Positions 1 to 12,436 of a stretch of 64,000 nt of DNA are shown here, in pieces. The DNA is from Octopus sinensis. Its lineage: Eukaryota. Every line of letters begins with the position of its first letter. Positions within the stretch are counted from its first letter, which is position 1. The notes beneath the pieces are model-generated. The model ran no database searches, was not told where the DNA came from, and saw nothing but the letters and a program-made list of their open reading frames with translations. The translations under genes and the position numbers were made by a program. Location of the stretch: assembly GCF_006345805.1 (NCBI RefSeq), contig NC_043003.1:72602001-72666000 (forward strand). Reading direction: 5' to 3'.

Positions 1-153
1 GAAAAAACTTTTATTTTTTTACATATGGGGCTGTGGGGAAATGGGATCTTTGGGGTTAGGGTTAGGGTTCCTAACCTTAACCCTAACCCCAAAGATCCCA
101 TTTCCCCCCAACTCCATATGTAAAAAAAAAAGTAAAAAAATAAAAGTTTTTTC
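1..153. repeat. Foldback inverted repeat with telomere-like TTAGGG/CCCTAA core, cut by the window edge
   Basis: 35-64 is the perfect reverse complement of 78-107 (30 bp, 13-nt loop). Imperfect symmetry continues out to 1 and 153. Confidence 0.85.
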
Positions 154-399
154 CAGAAATCAACGATCATATATAAACAAATACATATGGTCATTTGATG
201 TAGAATATACTAGAACCGTAAGATTGCCGTTATATATTTTGGTCATAGATTTGTGAGTCATATATAAACAAATACATGCAGTCATTTGACGTAAAATATA
301 CTAGAACCGTAAGATTGCCTATATAACATATAAACAAGTAATCTCCAACCCATGCCAACATGGACAGCGGATGTTAAATGATGATGATGATGCAAGTAT

Positions 400-965
400 G
401 TAAAAAAATGTGATACACAAAAATATGACATGCAGCAAGCAAACATATGACACACAGGTATGAACACAAACATGTGACACAAATTTTCAACACAAAAATA
501 TGTGAGACAAATGCAAGACAAATATACAATACACAGATATCTAAAAAAACAAGTAAGTGACACACAAATATGACAAAAATAAGGTGATACATGTTTACAT
601 ATTCTTTATCTATTTTTATTTTTTGTGCCACATGTTTGTGCAACACAGCTACATGATACAAAAAATATGACAAAGATGTAATACAGACATATGAAATAAA
701 TGTGTATGTAACACAGAAGTAGGTGATACAAATATGTGGTATAAAATATGTAACACAAATATAACATATAATTAGGTAACACAAATATGTAATAAATGTG
801 AGATACACTAACGCAAGTATGTGACAAATATAAGATACAGAAATATGTAACACAGATGAAACAAAAATATGATATGCAAATAAGTAATACACAAATGTGT
901 GACACAAAAATATAACACAGTATGTAATACAATATGTGACATAAGTAACACACAAAAACAATTAC
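400..965. repeat. Degenerate ACACAAATAT(GT)-type low-complexity tandem repeat
   Basis: Recurrent gacacaaa/aatatgt words; source of three spurious minus-strand ORFs. Confidence 0.75.
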
Positions 966-1830
966 TTTTGACAATACTTAATAGTTTTCTCTAAGTAGAA
1001 GTCAGTAAAATAGACACAAGTATTTCATGGGAACTTAATGACTTCAGAAGAGTAAAAAAAGAATTCAACCCTTGCAGAATTTGAACTTGCACTTAAGCTG
1101 CTCCATATTGAGTGTAGCTATGTGCATGTGTGTTGTATGCCCTTTTCTCTTTACCTGTATTTGTTCTTCTACTTCCCCTCATCAATACAAATTATCCAAT
1201 GACTCCAACAGTAAATCCTCTTCATTATTTAGACATTAAAACTTACACAGCCTCCTAGGGGAGCTTCTGTACGATGATTCAACCTGCTAAAAAAAGTAGC
1301 TGAATATCCTTCAAATCTCACATTACTGCCATAAAAACAAGAGGTACATATTGTTGTGAACTATATTTCTGAATGTCAGAAAAATGCTATGATTATTACA
1401 ACAGCAACATCATTGATTTACTTTATCAGGGCTCATCTGGGGATAAACAACAACTCTAAATAATATGGGGGAGGGGGAATTAAGGCACTTTCATGGATAT
1501 TTTTCTACAAGCTGATCTAAGCTGATCTACACCATCTCTACCATCTTAAATCAGACTTTAAGGGGTCAACGTGTATTGAGTCAAGTAAATTGACCCCAAG
1601 ACATTGCAGTATTTTTGAATTCAACGGATTTGAACTGAAAGCAATGATACAGGACCGAGTATTTTAAAAATATTCACTCCATAATTTTACAATGTTTTCA
1701 TCACATTGTAATTATTTTAATTAAAACAATTTATTAAATTGACATATCACAATATTCTAATTAAAATAATAATTTAAGACGTCAACAAACACCAACAATT
1801 TATAGGAAGAGATGTAGTTGCTTTGTTTCC

Positions 1831-2190
1831 GTGCCAGTGGCACATAGAAAGCACCATCCGATCATGGCCATTGCCAGCCTCGTCCAGCCTTCGTGCCAGT
1901 GGCACATAAAAAGCACCATCCGATCGTGGCCATTGCCAGCCTCGTCCAGCCTTCGTGCCAGTGGCACATAAAAAGCACCATCCGATCATGGCCATTTGCC
2001 AGCCTCGTCTGGCACGTAAAACGCACCCACTACACTCACGGAGTGGTTGGCGTTAGGAAGGGCATCCAGCTGTAGAAACATTGCCAGATCAGACTGGGCC
2101 TGGTGCAGCCTTCTGGCTTCCCAGACTCCAGTTGAACCGTCCAGCCCATGCTAACATGGAGAGCGGACGTTAAACGATGATGATGATGAT
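1831..2190 (+). mobile_element. 5'-truncated RTE LINE 3' end with a 62-bp tandem module (about 2.9 copies) and (GAT)n tail
   Basis: Units start at 1831, 1893 and 1955, followed by ggttggcgttaggaagggcatccag...gttaaacgatgatgat. The same tail recurs near 3.7, 6.2, 20.7, 21.9, 23.5, 26.3, 49.8, 54.3 and 55.3 kb. Confidence 0.8.
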
Positions 2191-4947
2191 TCCCAACAGT
2201 GGGAGTGAGGTGATTAAATAAGGCTGGTTCTTATTTCATTTGCACCCCAACTACTCTGGAGGATGACTGGTGAAACTGAAATCAATTGTATTGACCAAAT
2301 ATTGTGTTTCTCTATTGATTTTGCCAGCTACCACATCTACCATAAAAAATAACAATTTCTAAGAGAGGCTTAATCAACCCAACAAATGACTTGATACTTA
2401 CTTTAGCAACCAAAGTCAACATTAATGGGCTTTTTACATTAAAACCACAGGATCAAGAAGACCCTTCAATCTCATCAAGACCATAACATCTCTACTGCTC
2501 ATGCCATGAGAAAATGTATATACCTAGTAGCCAAAATTGGAATGTACAAGCAAGATGTGGTTCCCTAAGCTATCAAGAAATGTAGTAAACATAGAATAAG
2601 AAATGACTGAAACAGACAACCCAACCAACTTAGAAACCAAATGGCTGAAAAAAATATCACCTGGCATTTTGTCTGATGCTCAAACAATTCTACCAGTCCA
2701 CCACCTAATTATAATTGTTTCTACTGTGAGCACAAGGCCAACGATTTTGATTAAGGGGTTGAGTCAATACCATCAACCCCAGTACTTGACTGGTACTTTA
2801 TTTCCATAATAATAATAATCCTTTCTACTATAGGCACAAGGCCTGAAATTTGGAAGAGGAGGATAATCAATTACATCGACCCTAGTACTTAACTGGTACT
2901 TTTTCTACCAACCCTGAAAGGATGAAAGGAAAAGTGGAACTTGGCAGAATTTGAACTCCGAATGAAAAGATGGGTGAAATACCACTAACCATTTTGCCCA
3001 GTGTGCTAACAATTATGCCAGTTTGCCACCTTTACCATAATAATGATAATTATGATAATGACGATGGACTATCTCATGAAAGATGCTGTGTTCAGCTTTT
3101 TGCCAAATGACCTGCACAAATGATTTGTTTATAGTGATCAAATGTATGTCCTGTACATTAGTTCACTCTCTCCATCAAATCAATGTTGCCAAAAACAGGT
3201 GCACAGTGTACCACACATCAGGTGTCGAAGTGATTGCAGAACAACATGAGAAACACAATGTACCACCCAGTCTAGGAATTGAAACCACAATCTCACAATC
3301 ATAAGTTCAACACCCTAACTACTAGGCTATGAGTCCTCACATAATAATAATCTTTCCTACTATAGGCACAAGGCCTGAAATTTGGGGTTGAGGATAGTCG
3401 ATTACATTCACCCCAGTGTTTCACTGGTACTTAATTTATCTACCTCAAAGGAATTTGAACTTAGAGTGTAGCAGCAAACAAAATATCACTAATCATTTCG
3501 CCCAGTGTGCTAACAATTCTGCCAGCTTGCTACCTTTCCTCACATAGTAATAATAATAATAATAATAATGATGATGATGGATGTGCCATGTCAGTGTGTT
3601 TAGAGAAAAATTGGGCCCGAGAGGCATCAGATGTGATGTGCTGGTATGGTCATGTGATGAGGACAGCTGTATAAAGAGCCAGTCACTAAACGTAGAAGGA
3701 ACATGTGGAAGAGGCAGACCTAGGACCTCATCAGTGCTGGTGCCATATAAAAAGAACCCAGTACACTGTTAAGTGGTTGATGCTAGGAAGGGCATCTAGC
3801 TGTAGAAAACCATGCCAAAGAAGACATAGAACTAGATGGAACCCTCCATGTGAAGATGGAAAAAATAAATATTAAATTCTAAATTGGTAAAAAAGCCAGT
3901 AATTTTGAGGGGAGGGTGAAATCAGTTGGCTCAGCCCCACTGCTCGACTATTTTATCAATCCTGATAAGATAACAGGCAAAGTCAACCTTGAAAGAATTT
4001 GAAGTTAAAACACTAAGCATTTGTTGGACTTGTGCCAGCTTGCCACCTTTATAATAATAATAATAATAATATAATAATAATAATAATAATTCCTTCTACT
4101 ATAGAAACAAGGCCTGAAACTTAGGGAGAGGAGGCTAGTTGATTACATTAACCCCAGTGTTCAACTGGTATTTATTTTATCAACCCCCAAAAGGATGTAA
4201 AGACAGATGAAATGCCCCTAAGTATTTTGTCCAGCATGCTAATGATTCTGCTGTCTTGCCACCTTAATAATAATAACAACAAAAGCAACAACATTTTGCA
4301 TTGAATATCAATCATCATCATGAATACTATTTTCGAGGTATTGTATCAAAAGGCAACCATTATACACATGAAGCACAGCAGCAGCATAGACAGGCATAGA
4401 GCTAAACATACATGTTCAATCAGACTCATGCAAAGATGTAAAACTAATATATAATCATAACCAATCAAGGAATGTTTGTAGTATGTGATGAGTGGGAGGT
4501 AGAGAAGAAAGTTTACATGTATACATTCATACATGTGTGCATGCGCATACACATAAGCCCTTTGTGAATAGAAATATATCATCGTCAAACGAATCACATG
4601 TTAAGATTACCTCTACAGATTTTCTAGAGAAATTACAGCCAGCTTTGATTTGTTACAACGTTTTGTATCTGAATATGTCGAATGTAAACAACAATGCAAT
4701 GGAAGATTAGGTAATGGATGTATATGCATTTTTCTATGCTGGCATAGCTCAGACAAGACTTATTCAAGCAGTAATCTTTGGCTAGATGCCTCTCTGCAGC
4801 TAACCCTTACATTTTATCAAGCAATGTATGTTTTTATTTCACATCAGATAGAAGGCCTGGTAGTATTTATTCTGGATTTCAATGCTACAAGTTCAAATCC
4901 TATTCTGATTATCTTTGTCTTCCATCTTACTGGAGTCAATAAAATAC

Positions 4948-5018
4948 CAGTGCTGGATTTAATTCTTCATCATCATTGTCTTCTTCTTCTTCCTCTCTCT
5001 TTAAACAATTGCTGATCG
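4948..5018 (-). CDS. Candidate further TBC1D9 exon, acidic linker: (A)ISNCLKREEEEEDNDDEELNPAL
   Basis: ttcactttaag acceptor, GTATTT donor. Phase-compatible with the 7201 donor and open, but no recognised conservation; could be a (GAA)n repeat. Confidence 0.3.
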
Positions 5019-7200
5019 CTTAAAGTGAATGAAATTTGTAAAAGTGGGACACCTATGAAGACATAGGGACAAAGTAGTAATACCTTATCTTAGGATGTTG
5101 AGCCTCAAAGAGGAGATTTCAAAGGACTAAAATGACCAGCAATTTGCTGTGTTCAAGAAGATCTGTCTCTCATAACAAAAGTGAAGTCCTAAAAGCATTA
5201 AGTTTATGTCTATGCACTCATTGAGTCCTTCTCCTGCATCCAATGCGTCTCCATCAAGCCTTCATCACCTTACCCATTCCTTCATCATTCTTTTAACGAT
5301 AGTACTATTCAGCTGCTATAGTCATATGAGAGCAGAAGCTGAACATATTTCACTACACTTCTGTGCAACAAGTTGCTTTCCTCTATTCTTGGAACCACTT
5401 CCTTTTAAAATTCATCGCTCTTTCTCACTATCATCCCTTACAAATTTATTTCTCTAATTATCCTTTCCTGTGCCTCTGGTTATCTCCCTTAACCTCACTT
5501 CCGCTACATCTTAGGATTGCTACACCTCTTCTTTAACACCCTATTATATCAGCTGTGGACAGCCCTACAACTTTGCCCCAATTCACCACAGCCATCCCTA
5601 CTAAGCCTCTAACTTCAACCTCTCTCTCTCCTCATTCTCCCAACCCACAAATCATCTCCCTGTTTTCTAATCAATCTACAGTTTTATTATACTGCTTGCT
5701 GCAGTCCGCCTGCCCCATACTGCCACTTGCCACCTTCTGCTTTCTAAGTCTCACCCTATTTCTTTCACCTACCCCAACCCCACCTTTGTTCATTATTCAC
5801 CTATCTCTAACCCTCTGTCACTCTCCTCTTACACTATAATGAACTTACCACTGACCCTCTCTGGTCCTCAGTTGATACTCTTTTATATTCACATGATTGT
5901 ATCTTGAGTGTATGCTCTGGCACCTCATCACATCTTTATTTTCCAGCTACTCCCACTCATCCTTATATAATGCTATGCAAGACGTCTGTCCTCCTATCAT
6001 GCTTTTACCACTTGACACAAAACCACCACCACCTCAACTACAACCCCACTCAAGTGAGCAGGACCTATCTTTTGTGTTGCAAGTAATGTGGTGACCTCAC
6101 AAATGCTGGTGTCAAGAAAAAAAAAGAACCCAATGCTCTCTGTAAAGTGATTGGTATTAAGAAGGACATCCAGCTGTGGAAACCACACAGGAGCAAACAG
6201 TGGAGCTTCGTGCTGCCCTCCATCTCATTGGATCCTTTCAAACCATCCAACTCATGCCAGCATGGATGACAAACATTAAATGGCAATGACAATAAGTATA
6301 CTGATGATAATGATAGTCACACATACAACAAACTTTTGTACAGTTTCTGTTAAACAAATTTCACTCACGAAACAGTATTTCAGCCTAAGCTATAGTAGAA
6401 GACACATGCCAAAGATGCCAGAGTGGGACGGAACCCAAAATCATGTGGTTGCAAAGCAACCTTCATAACCACACAGCCATGTCAGCATTTATATGTATGT
6501 GTACAAATATGAGTGTACATGTGTGCACTCACATGTGTGTGTGTGTGTGCATTCACAATTTTGTATGTGATTGAGTTCATTCCTGGTTGTGAATATACAT
6601 GTGTACATTCATAGTTGTCTAAGGGTGTATGTACATTCAGTTGTATGTGTGTGTGTACATTCAAAGGTGTGTGCACATGTGTCTGTGTGTATACATTTAC
6701 AGTTATGTGTGTGTGTGTGTGTGTGTGCATACATTTACAATTGTGTGTGTGCATACATTTACAATTGTGTGTGTGTGTGTGAACATGTACGCAAAGCAAA
6801 TGAAAGGAAAGTTATGAATTCATATTCAAGAGATTCATTGACTGAAGCTTCACTACTAACTGCCACAACATTCATTGCTGGTCTCAAGTACACATGTATA
6901 CTCAAAGTATTGAAGATCCAACACCTTATATTGTCAAAACTTTTATTGATTAATCATCTGAAACATACCTCATGCCTTTGTTAGAAATTATTATTATTAT
7001 TATTTCTACAACAGGCACAAGGCCTGAAATCTGGCAGGTTGTCTAGCACTCATAGCATTTCAAAGACCTTGATTCTGAAAAGAACATACTATGGAGCAGA
7101 CATTATCTGCAAAAATGATTAAGGAACAAGGCAATTATTGGAAGCTTGTGCATTGCTTGCAATTTAACATGTGAAGAAGAAAAGCAGTTAGGAATCTTAC

Positions 7201-7378
7201 CTGATAATGTTGACTTAGGTGTTTCAATCTCCAAAGATTCCGAACCAAGGAGGGCAGGTGGTTGATGTAGTTGATAAAGTAGTTTAAGACGACTAGCCAG
7301 TTCACCTTTGCAAACAATGCCCAGAATCCAGACAAATTCTTTGAAGTTAATCATATAGTCTTTATTTTCATCCAAAAA
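7201..7378 (-). CDS. TBC1D9: TBC1D9 exon, EF-hand: [59 protein letters not shown]
   Basis: atttcag acceptor, GTAAGA donor, 178 nt; EF-hand-like loop [12 protein letters not shown]. Confidence 0.95.
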
Positions 7379-10300
7379 CTGAAATATGAAGAAGTCATAA
7401 AGTAGTTGAGTTTAGACAAGAGAAGAGCGTAAAAACCTATAGTTTTTGAAGGTGAATTCCTCATAGACTAGTGAAGTTGAGGTTTAAATTACTGTAGACT
7501 GGTGAGGAGTTCTAGAGGGTGACATTTGTAGGGATAAAATCTTAAGAGGAAGTGCTTGTGGAGAGAAGTATATTAAGGATAACACAAGAAGAGGTGGGTG
7601 AGGGAAGGTCCATAGTTTGGGAGTTGAAAGAAACATAAATTATTGCTGAATATAAGTTGCAGAGTGTTTGTCAGTGAATCCTGACCAAGCACTCATACAT
7701 ATTTGTACACTGACACAGAAATGCACACATGCACATTAGGGTGGAGCGAAAAAGGTACTTGTTACACAGATTTTTGAAATATGTTTTCAAGAATATATTT
7801 TTTATCACGAAATCCTTTAAAAACAACAGTTTTAAAATCTGAAGTTCTTAAATTTACATCTTCAGGCTCCGCAATTCAACCAAAAAAATAGCGATTTTGA
7901 AAATTTTCAATTGCAGTGCAAAGCCTGCAAAATAATATTTAACTGCAAAGTTCTTTATACACCTTTCTTTTAATCCTCATTTGCTACAAAATATCGATTC
8001 TTGGTTATCAATTTCGAAAGTTGCATTTTTTGCTCCATTCTAATGCACATTCAGGCATCAAATTCAGTTTGAAACCTTGAAATAAAACTGAATAATGACA
8101 TATACTTAAAGTATAAAAAGCTCAAAATTAAAGCAAAACTTCTGCAATGGGAAATATTTTGCTCACCCTGAATGCCCTCAGAGTCAGAGTTTCTGCAAGA
8201 TTTCCGGTGGCCCATGGACAAAGGGAAAAAAACATGGTCTTAAACTGATCAAAGTCTACTTTATACTGCTCATAGTATGGACGTGATGGGTCAAATTTAT
8301 CAATGGTATCCACTGGTTGTTGACTGGTTCTCCAGTAGCATGATGTTAAATACTCCTCCTGTAAAGAAAACAACAAAATAAAGGGTTTTATTCAAATTAA
8401 TTTTCAGCTTTCTATTTCTGACTCTGAAACACAACTTAAAGTGTAGAACAAACTTAGAAACCGTCCCTACTCTAATGTTGTATGTAACCTAAAAAAAAGA
8501 ACTATCAAAAAACTACTCAGACTAAGATTTAATATGATTTAATTTAAACATTTTGTAATATTGTACTCCTGCTAAGTTTGCTATGGCTGTGTTAAAAGAT
8601 CTGATTGGAATCATTTTGATTTCATGCTCAGTCAATATCTTATGACTGAATTTGGAAGATGGAAGCTGTCACCTCTTGTTTGTGTGTTTGTGTATGTTTG
8701 TGCATGTGTGGGTGTGTATGCATGAACTTGAATGTTTGTGTTTATGTAACAGCACTTCAGATTTTGTTTCCTTATGTGCTCGTAACTTAGTGCCTCTGCA
8801 ATTAGACACTTCAAGGCTCAGGAACTCCAGTACAGACTCTGGCAAATGACTGAAACTAGAAAAAGAATAAAAAAGGGTTTATTTGCACTATCTCCTATTA
8901 GACGTACAACAACCATGTGAATATGGTGCTAGATCTCAGACCATGTGGCTGATAGTTCACACTACTACTCTGCAAGAGGTAGTAGTAGTAGTATAACAGC
9001 CATTCCCTCTACCCGCTAAACTGGTAAATATTTTATAAAAAAATAATTTACAAAGAAATTTGAACCCAGAATATCAACTTAAGTAACTGAAAACAAGAAC
9101 TATTATTCTGGTGCTTAACCCTTTCGTTACCAAACCGCCCAAAGCCGCCTGAAAAAAATTTTGGTTAATGTGACCAAACCGCCCAAAGCCGCCCGAATTT
9201 ACCTATTCATATTTAAATGAGAATATCAGAGTAAATCTCTTTAGTACATTCGTGAAAACACGTATTATACTTCGTAAACAGTTCAACTACAGTTTTGTAC
9301 AAAAATCGAAGTGTAATTTTAATTCCGTGAATTTTGAGAGATTTTTTTCCGAAATTTGTTCCTATTGTGTTTTCAAAATTTGTAATTCTGACAAAAAATG
9401 GATACGAATTTCATTATATCAAGCAGCGAGTCAGAATTCGAAGGATTTTCTACTGAAGACCTTCATCTATGACTGAAAAAAAAAAGCACATGGTATTTGA
9501 TAATGAATCTGATGTTTCATTTTCCGAAAGTGAAAACAGTGAATTCGAGAGCTCCGACAGCGATAAAGAAAACGAATTGGCACCTGAATGGAGTGAAAAT
9601 TTAAAAACTGTTTCTTTCGGTGATTTTTCTGAAGAAACTGGACCAAGCAACAGACTTTCCCAGAGGAGTAAAGCCTTAGACTATTTCTTTTTACTTTTTC
9701 GAATGAGCCTATTTGATATCATTACGGCGAAAACGAACCGTTACGCTAAACGTAAACAAAGCGAAAGAAACGATAGTTTGTGGTTTCCCCATAACCTTAA
9801 ATGAAATTAAGACTATTTTGCCGTAAATATTATTATGGGTATCAGAAAGTTACCCAGAATAACAAATTCTATCGTAAAATTTTGTTGTATACCCAATTGA
9901 ATATTAGCTAATAACCCATTTTCTATAGCGATGTTTGAACAAAATTTTAATTTTATATTTTGTTGAATTTACCTGTATCTACCTGCAATTAGAGTCACTT
10001 TGTGACAAAAATTATAGTATAGAATTGGTTGAGAATATTTCATTAAATTATCTTCCAAAAATCAGATTAATATATTGATAAATAAAAAAGTTATAGTTGT
10101 TTAATGAAACCAGACTAAATTTATGATTACGTTAGAAATTAATTGAAACACATAAGGGGTGTATTTTGGTCAGAAATATAGTAACAAAAGGGTTAAATAG
10201 ATTAGGGTGAAGACAGTACCTAATTAGTTTGTTTATATGAATTTCCTACTTCACAGCTGAGTTATTAGCAGTAGGAAAGACAAGCAGAGAAAGGTATAGG

Positions 10301-12400
10301 CAAAACATTAATGGGAAAAGGAATAATATTGGTTTCAAATTTTGGCACAAGGCCAGCAATTTGGGGGAAGCAGCTAAGTTGATTACATCAACTTCAATGC
10401 TCAACTGGTACTTATTTCATCGACCTCAAAAAGGATGAAAGGCGAAGTCAACCTCAGCGGAATTTGAAATCAGAATGTAAAAATGGACAACATACTGCTA
10501 AGCTTTTTGCCTGGCATGCTAACAATTCTACCAGCTTGCTGCCTTAAACGGAGAAGGAATAATATTATAAATGGAACCGATATAGTTTAATGATTTGACG
10601 CTTTAGCATTTACAGTAGCCATGACTAGCCTAAATATTCAACCAGTTTTATGTCAAAACTGGCCAGACCTGGTCTCCCACATCTATCCAACAATGTCATT
10701 CTAAAACTAAGGAATCACAGGAAAATGTCTTCGCTACAAGATAATGCATGATTAATTCAAAATTATGTAAATAAACAAGCATTGCATTTCTGAGAGTAAC
10801 CTGTATGCTAAAGGGTCAAACTCGCTACAATTTCAGGTGATTTTATTGATGCTGGAGGAATAAATTATGTACATTATCATTTCGACATCTGCTATTCTTG
10901 CTGAATATCTTCAATGGCAGCCATGATCAAGAAATCCTGATCCAGGATATCTATGTTTCAGAAGATATGTGATCCATGATCATCCAATGTTTTTGTTAAA
11001 CCAAATATCAACTCTACATTTTACAATTCGTTCTTCCTTTTCTAAGATGGGAATATTTGATTTGAAGGAGATTTGGTTGTTATTTCTAGCAAGTAAAACG
11101 ACTACAAAGAGGCTTCTTCAGTCAGTTAGTTGCTGTTTAAACTCAGAGAAGCCTTGATCATAGAGACCAATGATAAAAAAACATTACAGCCGTAACTAAA
11201 CCATCTTTTAATCACATACAGAAAAAGAAAACCATTATGGCAATTTAGTTCCAAACATTGGCTGATATTTCTAGCAGGTCCAATGCCTGTTTAACTCTTT
11301 TGATACCAACTGTCGGAAACCACCTCTGGCTCTGTAGTACAAATGTCTTGTTTTCAAAAGTTCTGAATTAAAATCTCCCACCAAACCTTAATATTTCTAA
11401 CACTAACTCAGTAATTTTACTAAATGCTTTGCTATATTTAAAATTAATTGAAAGAAACACAGAGTATCTCAATAGAAATATGGTAACAAAAAAGTTACAC
11501 ATTTGTTCATTTTGTCTGATGGTAGCTAAAAGTTGAATATGGTACTACCATTGACCATGCCACAAAGAATTTCAAAAAACTTACCCGAAACAAAACGTAT
11601 AAGTCTTCAAGTTCCTTCCCTTCAAACACTGTCTCTGATGCTACACTGCGAAGAATATTCTTCATTGTACTGTCCTCGATGTTCTAGAAATGCAACAAAT
11701 AAAAATACAGGGTCAAACAGAACATCAAGTTTAGCAGAGTTTTTGACAAATTTTCTTTTTTACATCAGCCTGATCTTTTGATAATGAATGTTTAAGTGAA
11801 AAGCTGAAATATTCATATATGCTATTGATAAAAAAGTGAACCATTCGTACATGCTATTGATAATAACTGATCCCCAAAACCCAGACTTCAGTGACAATAG
11901 GGCTAATAATTAAAAAAAACTCATTTCTATGCAAAATTTTATTTTTTGTAAATGTATCAAATGACTCCAAATTCCTGATACAACAACACATTTTCTTGCC
12001 AAATTTTGACAGAATTCAAAGATAAAAAAAAAAAGCCCAACTTTCTTCCTTTTAGCCAATTAATGCAGGAAACAGAGGCATTTTATAAGAAGTGACAAAA
12101 ATGATGTGGAGACAATTATGCAAGTTGGTTCTGGGACCTGGTTATGTATGGTTGTAAGAAGTTAACAAAGCACTTACTTGGACTACTTTCAGGCGATATT
12201 TCAGCCGTAGTTTTTCAATATCCTGATTTGTTATGTGGCTATAACGTCTGTAGCTCTCATCTATAAGGTCTGCTACATCAACTGATGGCTACATGGAAGA
12301 ACAGAAATATAAGAGACATATAGATATTTATACATGAAGAGTGTGTGTATGAAACAGATAAAGGCATATTGACAAATGAATGTAAGACAGTCTCACAAAC

Positions 12401-12436
<36 letters not shown>

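Noticed and set aside
52-90. TTAGGG repeats as a telomere or chromosome-fusion site
   Set aside because: Only about two units per arm, embedded in a larger palindrome inside a gene region.
282-974. Three minus-strand ORFs of 93-195 aa
   Set aside because: They translate a low-complexity repeat into C/V/Y/I-rich nonsense with no domain signal.
1831-2010. 62-bp repeats as a CRISPR-like array
   Set aside because: Head-to-tail units without unique spacers, inside a LINE 3' UTR of a eukaryote.
6790-6878. Phase-compatible open segment AMNVVAVSSEASVNESLEYEF as the next TBC1D9 exon
   Set aside because: Weak acceptor context, poor donor and no family similarity.
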